From contig CAZYUB010000009.1 of assembly GCA_964650515.1 (NCBI GenBank), positions 25,093-89,092 on the forward strand: a stretch of 64,000 nucleotides of DNA, written 5' to 3'. A program made the translations under genes and the position numbers. Positions 62,202-64,000 of this stretch are shown here, piece after piece (position 1 is the first letter of the stretch; the number at the start of each line of letters is the position of its first letter). The notes beneath the pieces were generated by a model that searched no databases, had not been told where the DNA came from, and was given only the letters and a program-made list of their open reading frames with translations. This stretch comes from an uncultured Planctomycetia bacterium (GTDB lineage Bacteria > Omnitrophota > Gorgyraeia > Pluralincolimonadales > Pluralincolimonadaceae).

Positions 62202-63398
62202 ATGGAACTGCGCGTCCTGGACATAAGGGATACCGAGGAAGCCGCGCGCGAATTGCGCGCGCTCAATGTCCATAAGGGCGGCATAGAGATCATGGCGCCG
62301 AAGTCGGTATCGCGCGTCATAAAAATATCCGGGCTGAGTTCCGACGCGTTCAACATCCTCAAGCAGGAGATGCTCTCGGCCGGCGGCGATTGCGCCGTCG
62401 CGTGGGACGCTTTCATAAAGAGGAAGAAGGATACCGACGGCATTATCATCGGCTCCGCGGCGCAGATCGCGCGCCTCTGCGAAAAACTGAAAAAGCAACC
62501 GTTGGGCCTTGCGCCGTTCGGCAGGATGATATCGGCGCTCGAGAAGGGCCGCGGCGGCAAAGGCCGCGTCCTGAGGGCCGGGAAATATAAATTGAATCTC
62601 GGCAAGCGCGCGCATATAATGGGTGTATTGAACGTTACGCCGGATTCGTTCTCCGACGGCGGCATGTACTTTGACAGGGAATACGCGGTGGCCCGCGCGC
62701 TGAAGATGGCAGAGCAGGGCGCCGACATAATAGATATCGGCGGCGAATCGACGAGGCCCGGCGCGAAGCCGGTCTCCGCGAAGGAAGAATGCAGGCGCGT
62801 GATACCGGTCATAAAAAGCGTAGCAAAGAAAATAAGGATCCCGATATCCGTTGATACGACGAAAGCGGAAGTCGCGCGCGAAGCGCTCGGCGCGGGCGCC
62901 TCGATAGTCAACGACATCTCGGGGCTCCGGAAGGACCGCGGGATAGCGAAGATAGTAAGCCGGCACAAGGCGGCGATAGTGCTCATGCATATGAAGGGCA
63001 CGCCGGCGACGATGCAGGATGACCCGCAATACAAGGACCTTATCGGCGAGATATGCTCGAGCTTGAGGGAGAGCGCCGAAGCCGCGAAGGCCGCCGGAAT
63101 ACGGGATGACGGCATAGTGGTCGACCCCGGCATAGGGTTCGGAAAGACGGCCGCCCATAACTTGGCGATACTCAAGCGGCTGAGGGAGTTCAGGTCGCTT
63201 GGTTACGCGCTGATGGCGGGGCCTTCGCGCAAGTCGTTCATAGGCAAGATAACCGGCGCGCAGGAGGACGAGAGGCAATTCGGGACGGCGGCGTCGGTCG
63301 TCCTGTCGGTGCAGAACGGCGCCGATATAGTCAGGGTGCACGACGTAAAACAGATGAAACAGGCGTTACAGGTGACGGAAGCGATAATACATGGTTGA
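62202..63398 (+). CDS. folP: Dihydropteroate synthase with ~130 aa N-terminal extension of unknown function
   Basis: Pterin-binding core …IMGVLNVTPDSFSDGG…DIIDIGGESTRPG…SVDT…IVNDISG… The first ~130 aa (MELRVLDIRDTEEAARELRALNVHKGG…) are not part of canonical FolP. Confidence 0.85.
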   Translation: MELRVLDIRDTEEAARELRALNVHKGGIEIMAPKSVSRVIKISGLSSDAFNILKQEMLSAGGDCAVAWDAFIKRKKDTDGIIIGSAAQIARLCEKLKKQPLGLAPFGRMISALEKGRGGKGRVLRAGKYKLNLGKRAHIMGVLNVTPDSFSDGGMYFDREYAVARALKMAEQGADIIDIGGESTRPGAKPVSAKEECRRVIPVIKSVAKKIRIPISVDTTKAEVAREALGAGASIVNDISGLRKDRGIAKIVSRHKAAIVLMHMKGTPATMQDDPQYKDLIGEICSSLRESAEAAKAAGIRDDGIVVDPGIGFGKTAAHNLAILKRLREFRSLGYALMAGPSRKSFIGKITGAQEDERQFGTAASVVLSVQNGADIVRVHDVKQMKQALQVTEAIIHG

Positions 63399-64000
63399 CC
63401 TATTATTCGATTTCTCGCAGGCAAAGACACCGATGCAGCTTATCGTCGTGGTGTGGAAACCCATCATCGAGATAGGCATCATCTGGTATGTCATATATAA
63501 GCTGCTCGAGTTCATAAAGGGCACGCGGGCGGTGCAGGTATTGCGCGGCATCATAATCATCGCGGTGATATTCCTGCTCACGCAGCAGCTGCGCTTCGAC
63601 GTAATTAACTGGATATTCACGAAGCTCTTCGCGCTTTCCGTAATCGCGTTTTTGATCGTCTTCCAGCCCGAGCTCAGGAGCGGCCTGGCAAGGATAGGCA
63701 GGGAGAAGGTCTTCGGCAACATACTTACCGAAGAGAGGACGATCGAGGAGATCGCGAAATCGGTCTCGATACTCGCCCGCAAGAAGATAGGCGCGATTAT
63801 CGCGATCGAAAGGGAGGTCTCGCTCGAGCCGTATACGGAGAGCGGGGTAGCCCTCGACGGAAGCATCACGAGCGAATTGCTCAACACGATATTCATGCCC
63901 AACACGCCCCTTCATGACGGCGGCGTAGTGGTCCACGGAGACAGGATAGTCGCCGCGGGATGCCTCTTCCCGCTCTCGCAGAGCCCAGACATAAGCAAGC
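63391..64000 (+). CDS. cdaA: Diadenylate cyclase CdaA/DacA (c-di-AMP synthase), 3' partial
   Basis: Three N-terminal TM helices then a DAC domain with TPLHDGGVVV (DGA motif) and RHxxA-region context. The frame is open to the window end. Confidence 0.8.
   Translation, partial: MVDLLFDFSQAKTPMQLIVVVWKPIIEIGIIWYVIYKLLEFIKGTRAVQVLRGIIIIAVIFLLTQQLRFDVINWIFTKLFALSVIAFLIVFQPELRSGLARIGREKVFGNILTEERTIEEIAKSVSILARKKIGAIIAIEREVSLEPYTESGVALDGSITSELLNTIFMPNTPLHDGGVVVHGDRIVAAGCLFPLSQSPDISK

Noticed and set aside
60591-63341. 916-aa minus-strand ORF, the longest in the track, plus other long minus-strand ORFs (e.g. 5056-6255, 46839-47864, 31755-32969, 53281-54237)
   Set aside because: Each is fully antisense to a confidently identified + strand gene (ftsH/folP, gspF, metF, rho, nfnB). 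The translations are Arg/Pro/Ala/His-rich low-complexity strings typical of shadow frames in GC-rich DNA, and no motif was recognised.
1-64000. CRISPR arrays, IS elements, integrases, phage genes
   Set aside because: No direct-repeat/spacer periodicity and no transposase, integrase or phage-structural-like ORFs were seen. The only repeats are the module duplication at 11.8-19.5 kb and the paralogous ATPases and secretins.

Overview
High-GC (~58%) bacterial chromosome segment. Every supported gene is on the + strand and spacing is tight, with many 1-4 nt start/stop overlaps. Gene content points to an anaerobe: NfnAB-type ferredoxin:NADP oxidoreductase, the methyl branch of the Wood-Ljungdahl pathway (fhs-fchA-folD-metV-metF), radical-SAM RlmN, and LarBCE nickel-pincer cofactor genes. 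The window splits into two parts. (1) Positions 1.5-26.2 kb: a large accessory locus that is a complete but very atypical type II secretion (T2SS)/pseudopilus system. It has two tandem full-length GspE ATPases, GspF, a clear GspG major pseudopilin, two small minor pseudopilins, three giant GspK-like pseudopilin paralogs (986, 831 and ~866 aa against ~330 aa in canonical GspK; one carries a PA14 domain, two carry tandem EF-hand-like Ca loops), a parallel beta-helix protein, two copies of a novel ~400 aa secreted helical partner protein, a PilM-PilN fusion (GspL-like), a PilO/GspM-like and a PilP/GspC-like protein, a TPR inner-membrane protein with a secretin N0-like domain, and two tandem short secretins. 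Inside this locus the module [giant GspK-like + partner] is tandemly duplicated, with a near-identical 3' gene end plus sigma70 promoter at each junction, and the second copy is markedly AT-richer. (2) Positions 26.3-64 kb: housekeeping genes polA, glgA, coaE, a stand-alone GGDEF, rho, rpmE, prfA, prmC, murA, rpsP-trmD-rplS, rnhB, a secreted glycosidase, rlmN, the C1/folate operon, a split metH, panB/panE, nfnAB, a run of four PP-loop enzymes (mnmA, larE, Dph6-like, tilS) around a tRNA-CAT, ftsH, folP and cdaA. No CRISPR array, transposase or integrase was seen. The most interesting candidate for something undescribed is the pseudopilus system with giant, domain-decorated GspK-like tip proteins and their cassette-like duplication.
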